This document shows, piece after piece, positions 1-9,606 of a stretch of DNA of 63,373 nt (positions within the stretch are counted from its first letter, which is position 1; every line of letters starts with the position of its first letter). A model generated the notes under the pieces. It saw only the letters and a program-made list of their open reading frames with translations. It made no database searches and was not told where the DNA came from. The DNA is taken from positions 1 through 63,373 of IMG/VR virus record IMGVR_UViG_3300028854_000008. One strand, 5' to 3'. The translations under genes and the position numbers were made by a program. The stretch is from a virus (taxonomy: Duplodnaviria > Heunggongvirae > Uroviricota > Caudoviricetes).

Positions 1-1260
1 TTGCGCACCAGTTACACTAGCACCTTGATTTCCTTGATTGCCCTGCGCACCAGTTACACTAGCACCTTGATTTCCTTGATTGCCCTGAGAACCAGTTGTT
101 CCAGTGCTTCCTTGTGTTCCTTGATTGCCCTGCGCACCAGTTACACTAGCACCTTGATTTCCTTGATTGCCCTGCGCACCAGTTACACTAGCACCTTGAT
201 TGCCTTGATTGCCCTGCGCACCAGTTACACTAGCTCCCTGATTTCCTTGGTGACCTTGATTGCCTTGATTTCCAGTCGGACCAGTAATTCCAAATACTGA
301 AAAATTTGCTCTAATTATGTTAAGTCCAGTGTCAGATGTATTGGTTGATCTAGCTCGTAAATCAAAAACATCCCCAGTTGTCATAGTATCAATCCCTGAT
401 ATAGTTACAGCAATTTGATAACTGGTAGAAGTTAAAAATTCAGCCATATGCTCAGTAATTAAGTTTCCATTTTTAAATACAGCAACTTGATAAATAGCTC
501 CTGGATCAGTGGTAGATAAAGAAATAGACGCTAGTGTTTCTATTGCTTGTGCAGAGCCAGTAGCATTATTTGTTAATGCTCCAGTGGAAGTATTACCAGA
601 CATTTGATTAATGTCATCTCCCAAATTCCATCCAATTCCAGACATTTGATACCATGTATTAGCAACTAATAAAGAAAAATCAGATGCGCTGCTGATAGTC
701 ATTTCTCCGTAAATATTTACTCCAGTTGGTCCAGTATTTCCTTGATTGCCCTGATTTCCCTGAGAGCCAGTTACACTAGCTCCTTGATTTCCTTGTGGTC
801 CTTGAATTGAAGATTGATTGCCCTGATTTCCTTGATTTCCTTGCGCACCAGTTACACTAGCACCTTGATTCCCTTGATTTCCCTGATTTCCTTGCGCACC
901 AGTTACACTAGCACCTTGATTCCCTTGATTTCCCTGATTTCCTTGCGCACCAGTTACACTAGCACCTTGATTCCCTTGATTTCCCTGAGAACCAGTTGTT
1001 CCAGTGCTTCCTTGTGTTCCTTGATTTCCCTGAGAGCCAGTTACACTAGCTCCTTGATTTCCTTGTGGTCCTTGAATTGAAGATTGATTGCCCTGATTTC
1101 CTTGATTTCCTTGTGGCCCAGTTATAGATGCGCCTTGATTTCCCTGCAAGCCTGCTATTCCTTGCGGTCCTTGGCTTCCAGTATTGCTTCCTTGATTTCC
1201 TTGTGGCCCCTGACTTCCAGTTATTCCTTGCGGTCCTTGAGTGCCAGCACCACCTCCACC
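1..1260. repeat. Tandem 9-nt and ~42-51-nt repeats encoding the collagen segments
   Basis: Repeated ccttgatttccttgattgccctgcgcaccagttacactagca units at about 1-290 and 725-1260. Confidence 0.95.
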
Positions 1261-1407
1261 AACGATTATTCCGCCAGGAGTATGTCCATCAGAAAGACGT
1301 AGAATGCCATCAGCTTGATCATAGAACATCCTGCCAATTTCACCCACAAAAACATTAGCATTTGTTATTATTCTACTGGCCTTTATTTTTTGGGTATACT
1401 CAGACAT
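1..1407 (-). CDS. Collagen-like (Gly-X-Y) fibre protein, 3' end truncated by the window edge; missed by the ORF track
   Basis: Manual minus-strand translation from ATG at 1407: MSEYTQKIKASRIITNANVFVGEIGRMFYDQADGILRLSDGHTPGG, then GPQGNQG repeats, a ~140-aa non-repeat beta-rich domain (about 300-720), then GASVTGAQGNQGNQ repeats. The checked segments are in one frame, which continues to position 1. Confidence 0.85.
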   Translation of the reverse strand, partial: MSEYTQKIKASRIITNANVFVGEIGRMFYDQADGILRLSDGHTPGGIIVGGGGAGTQGPQGITGSQGPQGNQGSNTGSQGPQGIAGLQGNQGASITGPQGNQGNQGNQSSIQGPQGNQGASVTGSQGNQGTQGSTGTTGSQGNQGNQGASVTGAQGNQGNQGNQGASVTGAQGNQGNQGNQGASVTGAQGNQGNQGNQSSIQGPQGNQGASVTGSQGNQGNQGNTGPTGVNIYGEMTISSASDFSLLVANTWYQMSGIGWNLGDDINQMSGNTSTGALTNNATGSAQAIETLASISLSTTDPGAIYQVAVFKNGNLITEHMAEFLTSTSYQIAVTISGIDTMTTGDVFDLRARSTNTSDTGLNIIRANFSVFGITGPTGNQGNQGHQGNQGASVTGAQGNQGNQGASVTGAQGNQGNQGASVTGAQGNQGTQGSTGTTGSQGNQGNQGASVTGAQGNQGNQGASVTGAQ

Positions 1408-1682
1408 TCAGTTACCTCATCATCTATCATGGTGGGAAGTATTCCAGCATTAGCTTGCATTCTTTTTAATTCATCACTTGGTTTATCTTCTTCAGGATTA
1501 TCATAAAAAGAATCTATGTTTGCTACTTTTTTAAGAATTTCAATTTTTTGCTGTAACGGAGGAATCATTGTAGATTGTTCAGGAGTAGTTTCATCAGTAG
1601 ATTTTTCAGGAGGATCAATAGTCATTTTTTCTATACAATCTACCAAATCAGTCAATTTTATTAAAAATTCAGATGCTCGCAT
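1383..1682 (-). CDS. Hypothetical phage protein
   Basis: 99-aa ORF; late-type ATAAATA on the minus strand at 1701-1707. Confidence 0.7.
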   Translation of the reverse strand: MRASEFLIKLTDLVDCIEKMTIDPPEKSTDETTPEQSTMIPPLQQKIEILKKVANIDSFYDNPEEDKPSDELKRMQANAGILPTMIDDEVTECLSIPKK

Positions 1683-1722
1683 ATTACTCCTCTTTATAAT
1701 TATTTATCTTAAATAATATTTA

Positions 1723-1752
1723 TTGACAATGAGTATTAGTGCATGTTACACT
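1723..1752 (+). promoter_or_regulatory. sigma70-like promoter
   Basis: TTGACA (1723) and TACACT (1747). Confidence 0.55.
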
Positions 1753-1808
1753 AAATAAAAGAATTTGTATTAAAGTTACAAATTATCTGTTTTTTGATAA
1801 ATACTATT

Positions 1809-2732
1809 ATGAAAACATGGACTACTCAAAAATTTATTGAAAAAGCTTTAAAAATTCACAATAATGTATATAGTTATGATCGAGTAAATTATACACATGG
1901 TAAAATTGGTGTTTTTATAACATGTAAAATTCATGGTGATTTTATTCAAAGACCAAACAATCATCTTCAAGGGCAAGGTTGTCCTAAATGTAAAAGTTTT
2001 AATATGAAGATTACTAAAAAAGAATTTTTATGCAAAGCAAATAAAATATATAATTATAAATATAAATATTCTGATTTTGAATTTAATTCTACAAAAGATA
2101 AAATAATTATATGTTGTCCAGTTCATGGAGAATTTAAACAATCTATTAGTAGTCATTTATCTGGGAGAGGATGTAAAATGTGTGGGAGAATTTTAGTTAC
2201 ATCTACTACTCAAAAATTTATTGCCAAGGCTAATATAATTCATAATTTTAAATACATCTATGACCAAGTAATTTATGAAAGGGCAATATTAAAAATTAAA
2301 ATTATTTGCCCTATTCATGGGATTTTTGAGCAAAGACCATCTGAGCATTTAAGAGGGAGTGGGTGTTTCAAATGTTCAGAATCTCTGGGAGAGAAAGATA
2401 TTAGTTTTTATTTAAAAAATCAGAATATTGATTTCAAAGCACAACATAGAATAGCGAATTGCAGAGATATTCGACCATTACCATTTGATTTTGCAATTGT
2501 TAAAAATACTCAATTAATGGGTTTAATTGAGTATCAAGGAAAACAACATTATCGAGCACATTCTTTTGGAAGTAAAACTATATCTGGAGAAAAATTATTT
2601 TCTTTGGTTAAAAAACATGATAAAATTAAATATGAATATTGTTTTAAGAATAAAATTCCTTTATTAATTATCCCTTATTGGGAAAGAAAAAATATTACTT
2701 TATTAATTAACGATTTTTTGGATATTATATAA
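1809..2732 (+). CDS. Free-standing homing-endonuclease-like protein: repeated Zn-knuckle (DUF723-like) units plus C-terminal PD-(D/E)xK/Vsr-like nuclease
   Basis: Three CxxHGxFxQ...HLxGxGCxxC units; C-terminal LPFDF...LIEYQGKQHY. Confidence 0.75.
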   Translation: MKTWTTQKFIEKALKIHNNVYSYDRVNYTHGKIGVFITCKIHGDFIQRPNNHLQGQGCPKCKSFNMKITKKEFLCKANKIYNYKYKYSDFEFNSTKDKIIICCPVHGEFKQSISSHLSGRGCKMCGRILVTSTTQKFIAKANIIHNFKYIYDQVIYERAILKIKIICPIHGIFEQRPSEHLRGSGCFKCSESLGEKDISFYLKNQNIDFKAQHRIANCRDIRPLPFDFAIVKNTQLMGLIEYQGKQHYRAHSFGSKTISGEKLFSLVKKHDKIKYEYCFKNKIPLLIIPYWERKNITLLINDFLDII

Positions 2733-4195
2733 TGCAAAAAACAATTTTACAAATACATGATGAAGTTAATTGTACGTTTAAAAATTTACCAGCAAATATT
2801 CGTAATGCCCTTCATATTAAAAGTAAAGTATTTAACCCAGCAAATAGATTTATACCTTCTGTAAGACTTGGAAGATGGGATGGATGCGAATATTATTTTT
2901 CATTGAGTGGAAAAACATATATTAATTTGTTGGAACCAATAATTGATTATTTAACAGAACAAAAATTTGAAATCGAATTAGAGGATTTGCGTACTTACAA
3001 TCGAGCATTTGAATTTGATAATATTGATAATAATTATATTTCTAACATTCTATGGCCAGAGAATCATTCATTATCAGGAAAACCAATTATTATCAGAGAT
3101 CATCAAACTTTTGCAGCAAACATATTATTGAATAATATTCAAGGGATTGCATCACTTCCAACAGGAAGTGGAAAAAGTTTATTGGCAGCTATTTTATCTA
3201 AAAAAGTGGAAAAATATGGAAGAAGTATTGTAATAGTTCCTAATAAAGATTTAATTACTCAAACTGAACAATATTATAATATTTTAGGTTTGGATGTTGG
3301 TGTTTACTATGGTGATAGAAAGGATTTTTTTGGAAAGAAACATATTATTTGTACATGGCAAAGCCTTGAAAAATTACATCAAACTCCAATTGATATTGGA
3401 TTATCAAAACCTATTACATTTGATGATTTTATTCAAAATGTTGTTGCAGTTATATGCGACGAGGTTCATGGTTTAAGAGGAACTATATTAAAAGATTTAA
3501 TGTGTGGGCCATTATCTAAAATACCCATTAGATGGGGATTTACAGGCACAATTCCTAAAGAATCTCATGAAATTGTTAATTTAACTATTGGAATTGGGGA
3601 ATTAGTTCATAAATTAACAACAGAATCATTGCAAACTTTGGGAATTCTTAGTAATTGTGAAGTAAAAATAATTCAAATGATAGATACAAAATCTTTTACT
3701 TCATATCATAGTGAATTGGATTTTTTGGTTACTGATCCAAAAAGATTAGATTTCATGGCAGATTTAATTAAAGAAACTGCAAAAACTGGGAATGTATTAG
3801 TGTTAGTAGGAAGAAAAGAAACTGGCAAAAAGTTGGAAATTCTTATACAAAATTCTATATTTTTATCAGGAGCCACGAAATCAAAAACAAGAAAAGAACA
3901 TTATGACGAAGTTGCTATTAGTAATAGCAAAGTAATTATTGCGACTTCAGGTATAGCAGCAGTTGGTTTAGACTTACCAAGAATTAATCATTTGTTTTTA
4001 GTTGAAACTGGAAAAAGTTGGATTAAAGTAATTCAAAGTATAGGAAGAAGTTTAAGAACTGCTTCAGATAAAAATAGTGCTATAATTTGGGATATTTGTT
4101 CAACGTGTAAATGGAGCAAGGGCCACTTAACTCGCAGGAAAAAGTATTATAGTGAACAAAAATTTCCATTTTCTATTGAAAAAATAATTTATTGA
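2732..4195 (+). CDS. uvsW: UvsW-like SF2 DNA helicase
   Basis: Walker A LPTGSGKS, motif II CDEVH, motif III GFTGT, motif VI QSIGRSLR; T4 UvsW-like N-terminus. Confidence 0.9.
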   Translation: MQKTILQIHDEVNCTFKNLPANIRNALHIKSKVFNPANRFIPSVRLGRWDGCEYYFSLSGKTYINLLEPIIDYLTEQKFEIELEDLRTYNRAFEFDNIDNNYISNILWPENHSLSGKPIIIRDHQTFAANILLNNIQGIASLPTGSGKSLLAAILSKKVEKYGRSIVIVPNKDLITQTEQYYNILGLDVGVYYGDRKDFFGKKHIICTWQSLEKLHQTPIDIGLSKPITFDDFIQNVVAVICDEVHGLRGTILKDLMCGPLSKIPIRWGFTGTIPKESHEIVNLTIGIGELVHKLTTESLQTLGILSNCEVKIIQMIDTKSFTSYHSELDFLVTDPKRLDFMADLIKETAKTGNVLVLVGRKETGKKLEILIQNSIFLSGATKSKTRKEHYDEVAISNSKVIIATSGIAAVGLDLPRINHLFLVETGKSWIKVIQSIGRSLRTASDKNSAIIWDICSTCKWSKGHLTRRKKYYSEQKFPFSIEKIIY

Positions 4196-4221
4196 CAAAA
4201 ATACATTCAAGGATATATAAT
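4192..4221 (+). promoter_or_regulatory. sigma70-like promoter
   Basis: TTGACA at 4192, TATAAT at 4216. Confidence 0.6.
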
Positions 4222-4227
4222 TAAACT

Positions 4228-4749
4228 ATGTTAATACTTAATGAAGAAAATAAAACAGTGGATTTAAATTTGATTCCAGATCAAATAGATATGTATTATT
4301 GGAGCTTAAATAATTCCATACCTTCCGCAGTAGACTATCAATGCAACCCTTTAATTATGTTGGAAAGTTTTTATGCTCCAGTAATTAAATTAAAGTTAAC
4401 TTTAGGATATGGAAAACACACCAAAACTCATTTTTTAAATGTGCCAGCAGATCATCAAATATTAATTGGCGAACCAACTCATGGAAATTTAGAAGTAAAT
4501 CCAGTATCTAGTTTAAGTTCAAGAAATTTTAAAGCATTTTCATTGAATCCATTGTCAAGTTTTATGGCTAGTTATCTAGAAATCGATGTAGAAGATGCAT
4601 TGCCAAATATTAAATGGTATCTTCCTAAGCTATCAACTGGACATTTATTATGTTTGCCATTGTATGAAGGATATAAGCCACCGTGTATATATATGGTTCG
4701 TGATATTCCTAAAAGTATGGAAACTGTAAATAGTTATAATTCGTGGTAA
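4228..4749 (+). CDS. Hypothetical protein in replication module
   Basis: 173-aa ORF between helicase and clamp-loader subunit. Confidence 0.7.
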   Translation: MLILNEENKTVDLNLIPDQIDMYYWSLNNSIPSAVDYQCNPLIMLESFYAPVIKLKLTLGYGKHTKTHFLNVPADHQILIGEPTHGNLEVNPVSSLSSRNFKAFSLNPLSSFMASYLEIDVEDALPNIKWYLPKLSTGHLLCLPLYEGYKPPCIYMVRDIPKSMETVNSYNSW

Positions 4750-4751
4750 AT

Positions 4752-5234
4752 ATGAAAAAGAAAACAACAGATTATTCTTCTTCCATAAATATTTTTAATC
4801 TTTTATCAGCAATTGACAAAAAAGATTATAATTATTTTGATAATTTAAGCGAAGAAGAACAAAAACAGATTTCTCCTTATCTACTAATGAGGTGGGGATC
4901 AACTGTTCATGGCAATAATGATATTTCAAAATATTATGCATTGTCTACTAACAGTTTTGTAAATGAAAATTTTTGGGACTATAGCAATAATAAAAAATTT
5001 TCATGGCTGTTATTATGCTCAGCATCTCCTGGAATTGGAAAACAAAAACATTATTGGTTGGGCGCTGCGAAAGGAAAAAATGAAAGTAAATTGAAAAAAG
5101 CTTTATTGGAATTAATGCCAAATAAAAAATCAAGCGAAATTGATCTAATATTAAAAGTCAACACCAAAGAAGAAATATTTGAATGGCTTAGGAGTTTGGG
5201 ATGGGAAGAACAAAAGCTGAAGGAACTAAAATAA
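4752..5234 (+). CDS. Clamp loader small subunit (T4 gp62-like)
   Basis: LLSAIDKKDYNYFDNLSEEEQKQISPYLLMRW resembles the gp62-family N-terminus; replication context. Confidence 0.6.
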   Translation: MKKKTTDYSSSINIFNLLSAIDKKDYNYFDNLSEEEQKQISPYLLMRWGSTVHGNNDISKYYALSTNSFVNENFWDYSNNKKFSWLLLCSASPGIGKQKHYWLGAAKGKNESKLKKALLELMPNKKSSEIDLILKVNTKEEIFEWLRSLGWEEQKLKELK

Positions 5235-5965
5235 AACCCAGATATGTTAAAAAAGAAAAACCTATTAAACCGCCAGTTATTTTAAATAAACGAGAAAAAT
5301 ATGAATGCCCTTGGTGCAATAGGATTTTTTCATCTGAAAAAACTCAGTTAGTTCATTTGTGCGAACAACGAAGAAGATTTCAACAAAAAGATACATTATA
5401 TGCAAGATATGGATTGCAAGCGTTTTTATCAATTCAAAAAAATTGTTTTGGTAATACTAAAAAAACTGAAGAAGAATTTCGACGTAGCGATTTTTATTTG
5501 GCGTGTCTTCGTTTCGGAAGATTTGTTTTGGATATTAATTGTTTAAATCCAACTGAATACTTAGAATGGCTGCAAAAATTAAAAGTCCCAATTGATAATT
5601 GGAATAATGATATTGTTTATTCTGCTTGGCTTCAAGATTTAGTTTTTACAGAAAATATTTGGGATGCTGTAGATAGAAGTATAAGCACAATGATGGAATG
5701 GGCTGAAGAGAATAAATTAGAATTTAATAATTATTTCAAAGAAGCAGGTGGAGCACGAATTTTATTTGACACTCAACGAGCAAAAATATCAGGTATAATT
5801 TTATATTGTAGTGATAGTGGCAAAGAATGGTTAAATAATTTATCTGCTTCTGATTTGGAAATTGTATGGCCAGTAGTTAATTCAAATAGGTGGTCAGTAA
5901 AATTTCAAAAAGACACAAATATCTTTGAAGAAGTTTGCAAAGTTTGTAATGAGGCTGGGTTATGA
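5201..5965 (+). CDS. Hypothetical protein with N-terminal C2H2-like zinc finger
   Basis: CPWCNRIFSSEKTQLVHLCE. Confidence 0.65.
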   Translation: MGRTKAEGTKIKPRYVKKEKPIKPPVILNKREKYECPWCNRIFSSEKTQLVHLCEQRRRFQQKDTLYARYGLQAFLSIQKNCFGNTKKTEEEFRRSDFYLACLRFGRFVLDINCLNPTEYLEWLQKLKVPIDNWNNDIVYSAWLQDLVFTENIWDAVDRSISTMMEWAEENKLEFNNYFKEAGGARILFDTQRAKISGIILYCSDSGKEWLNNLSASDLEIVWPVVNSNRWSVKFQKDTNIFEEVCKVCNEAGL

Positions 5966-6195
5966 AAATTATGATTCCATCAGTTAAAATGAACAGCGAA
6001 AAAGAAGTGTATATTAGTAGAATGGAATTACTTTTACATAATGAATTGTATGGATGGATGATATCATATTTTAATAATCCTACTGAAGAAATGCAATTAG
6101 CAGCAATTAAAAGTAATCCTATTAATATTAAGTTAATTGAAAATCCCACTGAAAAAGTTAAATTATTAGCGTTAGAAATGATATTGTCAAAGTAG
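5962..6195 (+). CDS. Small protein with one to two copies of the 22-aa (DUF4116-like) repeat
   Basis: NPTEEMQLAAIKSNPINIKLIENPTEKVKLLA matches repeats at 41.7, 44.9 and 50.3 kb. Confidence 0.65.
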   Translation: MKIMIPSVKMNSEKEVYISRMELLLHNELYGWMISYFNNPTEEMQLAAIKSNPINIKLIENPTEKVKLLALEMILSK

Positions 6196-6199
6196 ATAT

Positions 6200-6766
6200 A
6201 TGAAATCTGACATCGATATTGATTTTGGAAATAGAAATGAAATTCTATCATTGATAGAATATACATCTGCTGTTCTTGAAACTGGCGAAAAACATTCATC
6301 AGGAATTTACATAACTGAAGCACCAAAAAATATATTAACTGGAAATTCCAGTTTAGATTATAAAAAAGCAGAAGAACTTGGATATTTCAAGTTAGACATA
6401 TTAAATAACAATTTATATAAACAAGTAAAATCTCCAGAACATCTTGAAGAACTATTAGCAAGACCCATCAATTGGAATAAGTTAAAAGAACCAGAATTTG
6501 TGAAAAAATTAGTTCATATTGGAAATTACTCTGAAATGATTTTGAGATTAAAAGATCCTATTGATTCGATTGAAAAACTTGCGATGTTTCTTGCAATTAT
6601 TCGCCCAGGAAAAAAACATTTACAAGGACTTCCATGGAATATTATTGAACAATCAGTTTGGGAAAGAGATAATGCAGATGGTTATAGTTATAAACGATCC
6701 CATGCTCTTGCTTATTCCTTGACAATAATTATTAATATTCAACTTTTAGAAGAAAAAGCGCGCTAG
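6200..6766 (+). CDS. Minimal DnaE-like (C-family DNA polymerase) catalytic core, 188 aa
   Basis: SDIDIDF, KHSSGIYI, GYFKLDIL, AIIRPG and YSYKRSHALAY match DnaE motifs PDIDID, HAAG, KxDxL, RPG and FNKSHAAAY in order. Confidence 0.75.
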   Translation: MKSDIDIDFGNRNEILSLIEYTSAVLETGEKHSSGIYITEAPKNILTGNSSLDYKKAEELGYFKLDILNNNLYKQVKSPEHLEELLARPINWNKLKEPEFVKKLVHIGNYSEMILRLKDPIDSIEKLAMFLAIIRPGKKHLQGLPWNIIEQSVWERDNADGYSYKRSHALAYSLTIIINIQLLEEKAR

Positions 6767-6773
6767 TGAAGTT

Positions 6774-7160
6774 ATGAAAAATGGAGAAATAAAAAATAAT
6801 TTTATGAAAGAAATAATTACTGGATATAAAGCATTTCGTTTAAATAAAGATAATAAACTTTGTTATTTATTTAAAACTCATAATGGAAGCAGCACAGTTG
6901 AGTTAGATACGTGGCTAAAAACAAAATGGGTATCAGAATCTAATGGTAAAAAATATAGATCAGGATTTCATTTTTTAAGAGATAATAACTCTATTGAAGC
7001 TTTTAATAAGCTAACAAAAGGAAAGTATGTATTTATACCAGTTCAATGTAGGTCAGTGGAAGCAAAGCCTAGAAGTAGATCAAACTCGTGGTTGGCTGTA
7101 GAAATATTCATATCATCCTATACTGCGAATAATGCAATTACATCTTTTTTATTACAGTAA
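6774..7160 (+). CDS. Hypothetical protein
   Basis: 128-aa ORF. Confidence 0.6.
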   Translation: MKNGEIKNNFMKEIITGYKAFRLNKDNKLCYLFKTHNGSSTVELDTWLKTKWVSESNGKKYRSGFHFLRDNNSIEAFNKLTKGKYVFIPVQCRSVEAKPRSRSNSWLAVEIFISSYTANNAITSFLLQ

Positions 7161-7515
7161 TACTTTTTCTTTTTTTCTTTTGAGATAATGCAGCAAGTGA
7201 AGTCACTGGACCATATATAATTGTTAACTCTTTAGTAATAAATGTTTTAAATGTTGGCTGAAATTGATTCCATTCATTTTTCAAATAAATGTTAATTGGT
7301 AGCAATCTATTAGATTCAAAATACCATTTTTCTCCAAGAGATAAAAATAAACGTTTCTCTTCATCAGTTTTAAGAAGATTTATATCATAAAAACTAGTGG
7401 TAATGATATCAGCGTTCTGGATTATTCCTACCAATTCAGATTTTTCATTTCCATAAATTATGACGGACAAAAAAGGAAATTTAATAGTTAATGTTTCATA
7501 TAAAGATGATGGCAT
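7138..7515 (-). CDS. Hypothetical phage protein
   Basis: 125-aa ORF with plausible composition. Confidence 0.6.
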   Translation of the reverse strand: MPSSLYETLTIKFPFLSVIIYGNEKSELVGIIQNADIITTSFYDINLLKTDEEKRLFLSLGEKWYFESNRLLPINIYLKNEWNQFQPTFKTFITKELTIIYGPVTSLAALSQKKKRKSITVIKKM

Positions 7516-7558
7516 TTTGATCCTGTTTATTATAAAATTAACATCAGGAGTATTTAGT

Positions 7559-7756
7559 ATGAAATGTTGGAACTGTAAAATAGGAGCAAGTTGGTTATCT
7601 GATTTGCCTGAAGGCTCGTCTAAACCATTACGGAATGCAGTAGAAAAAGCATTTAGAGAATTAACAGGTCATGATGCTGAATTTACTTTTTGTGGCTGGG
7701 GAGGGGAATTAGACGAACTAGAATTAGAAGTTATAGAACTTATGGATATATCATAA
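7559..7756 (+). CDS. Small hypothetical protein (probable start 7559)
   Basis: SD-like AGGAG upstream; MKCWNCKIGASW. Confidence 0.55.
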   Translation: MKCWNCKIGASWLSDLPEGSSKPLRNAVEKAFRELTGHDAEFTFCGWGGELDELELEVIELMDIS

Positions 7757-7764
7757 ATACTTGT

Positions 7765-8559
7765 ATGTTAACAATAAAAGGTTATCTAGAGAACGAAGAA
7801 ATTAGAATTAAGGCGCAAGTGGTTGACAGTAGTTATATACACCATAACGCGGAGGTATTTGTGTATAGTACACCAATTACAATTTACTCTGGATGTAACA
7901 ATCCAATTAAGATTCAATGTTTAAATAGTGATCAAAAGAGAATTAATATTTCTAATATTTCTATTCAACTTGGTGTTTTTGAAACAAATACTGAAAATGA
8001 ATTAATAACTATTACAGCTTCACAATTTGATGCAGCAAATGGAGTAGTTGAAGCTACTTTAACTGCTTCGGATCTTTCTCCTTTGGATTTTGGATTTTAT
8101 GATATTGCTTTAATCAGCACTGATAACAATGGTAATGTTTATCCAATTTACATCGATGATAATTACGGATCTCGTTTAACTGCTACTTTAAAGAAGGGAC
8201 CAGTTCTTGCTTATGGCGATCCTCTATCACTAACTTTTCTTGACACAGTAGATGGTCTTATATCCAATGCAATTAATTTAACTAATAGACCACAAAATAG
8301 TACTCTTGCTACTATATCAGCAAACCTAATTTCATATACTGGAAATATAATTTCGCAAGGATCACTTGTTTCATTACCAACCAATTCTGACTGGGGAAAT
8401 ATATCTCAAACATACTATTCTAATGTTTCTGGACCATTTTTTCAATCAGTTAATGGAAGTTTTGCATGGTTGCGATTTTTGTTGGATAGTGCTGATCCTC
8501 ACGGTTGGGGAAATCTCTCGGCAAATTCATTTATAACAAATGGCAATATTAGGATTTAA
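7765..8559 (+). CDS. Putative virion protein (Ig/BppU-like beta-rich)
   Basis: Late motif ATAAATA at 7753-7759; Ser/Thr/Asn-rich, beta-strand-like sequence. Confidence 0.5.
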   Translation: MLTIKGYLENEEIRIKAQVVDSSYIHHNAEVFVYSTPITIYSGCNNPIKIQCLNSDQKRINISNISIQLGVFETNTENELITITASQFDAANGVVEATLTASDLSPLDFGFYDIALISTDNNGNVYPIYIDDNYGSRLTATLKKGPVLAYGDPLSLTFLDTVDGLISNAINLTNRPQNSTLATISANLISYTGNIISQGSLVSLPTNSDWGNISQTYYSNVSGPFFQSVNGSFAWLRFLLDSADPHGWGNLSANSFITNGNIRI

Positions 8560-8601
8560 TTTTTTCTTGTAATAGTTAAGTAGATTGTGTTATACTTAAT
8601 T

Positions 8602-9606
8602 ATGAATTTGATTACTCAAACTGCGCTAGATTATTGGAATCGAGCAAAAACTAAAAAAGCATCTTCTGGGTGGATTAGTCGTAATGCCCCGTGCTGCGTA
8701 AATCGTGGGCATAATCCTGATAAAAGAGGTCGCGGTGGCTTAATTCTTAATGGAGAAGAAGTTTCTATTAATTGCTTTAATTGTTCATGGAAAACTTCTT
8801 ACACGCCAGGAAAACCATTATATCCCAAATTCATTAAAACATTGGAATGGATCGGGGTTGATGATCGAACAATTTCTTCATTAAAATTAGAAAGTCTGAG
8901 AATAACAGAACCAGAAAATATAACAGCGCCAAAAATAAAAAGAGAACTAAAATCTGTTGATCTACCAGAATCATCAATGCTATGTGACAATCAAGATAAA
9001 TATCCAAAACATGTTGAATTTTTAAAGAAAAGAGGATTTATTCCAGATGATTTTCCTTTTTTAATATCTAATTCTGTAGTATATAGAAACAGAGTTATAA
9101 TTCCATTTATTAGTCAAGATACTATAATTGGTTATTCTGCTCGTTCAATTATAGATAATGAACCAATGAGATATATAATGAAAATGACTGTCCCTTTTGT
9201 ATTTGGATTAGATTTTGTAAAACCAGAATATGAATGGGTTATTCTTACTGAAGGTCTGTTTGATGCTTTGAGTGTAAAAGGATTGGCAGTAATGCATAAT
9301 GAAATCAATGAAGAGCAAGTAAATTTAATAAATGATTTACGAAAACGAATAATTGTTGTCCCGCATTTAGATAAAGCAGGATTGGTAAATTCAGATAATA
9401 GTTTAATTAATGTTGCATTGGATAATGATTGGGACGTTTCTTATCCTGAATGGAATTGCAAAGATATCAATGAAGCATATATAAAATATGGACCGTTGTT
9501 TGTTGTTAAACATATTTTAAATATGGCAACAACAAATTATACAACAATAAAATTAAAACAAAAAATGTTAAATAATGAATTAAAAAGCAAGGATGAAAAT
9601 GAGTAA
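8602..9606 (+). CDS. DNA primase (T4 gp61-like, Zn-binding plus Toprim)
   Basis: CCVNRGH...CFNC zinc site; Toprim TEGLFDALS; next to the helicase. Confidence 0.85.
   Translation: MNLITQTALDYWNRAKTKKASSGWISRNAPCCVNRGHNPDKRGRGGLILNGEEVSINCFNCSWKTSYTPGKPLYPKFIKTLEWIGVDDRTISSLKLESLRITEPENITAPKIKRELKSVDLPESSMLCDNQDKYPKHVEFLKKRGFIPDDFPFLISNSVVYRNRVIIPFISQDTIIGYSARSIIDNEPMRYIMKMTVPFVFGLDFVKPEYEWVILTEGLFDALSVKGLAVMHNEINEEQVNLINDLRKRIIVVPHLDKAGLVNSDNSLINVALDNDWDVSYPEWNCKDINEAYIKYGPLFVVKHILNMATTNYTTIKLKQKMLNNELKSKDENE

Noticed and set aside
1-1358. Plus-strand ORFs (1-300, 814-1080, 1084-1302, 1128-1358)
   Set aside because: Antisense shadows of the minus-strand collagen repeats
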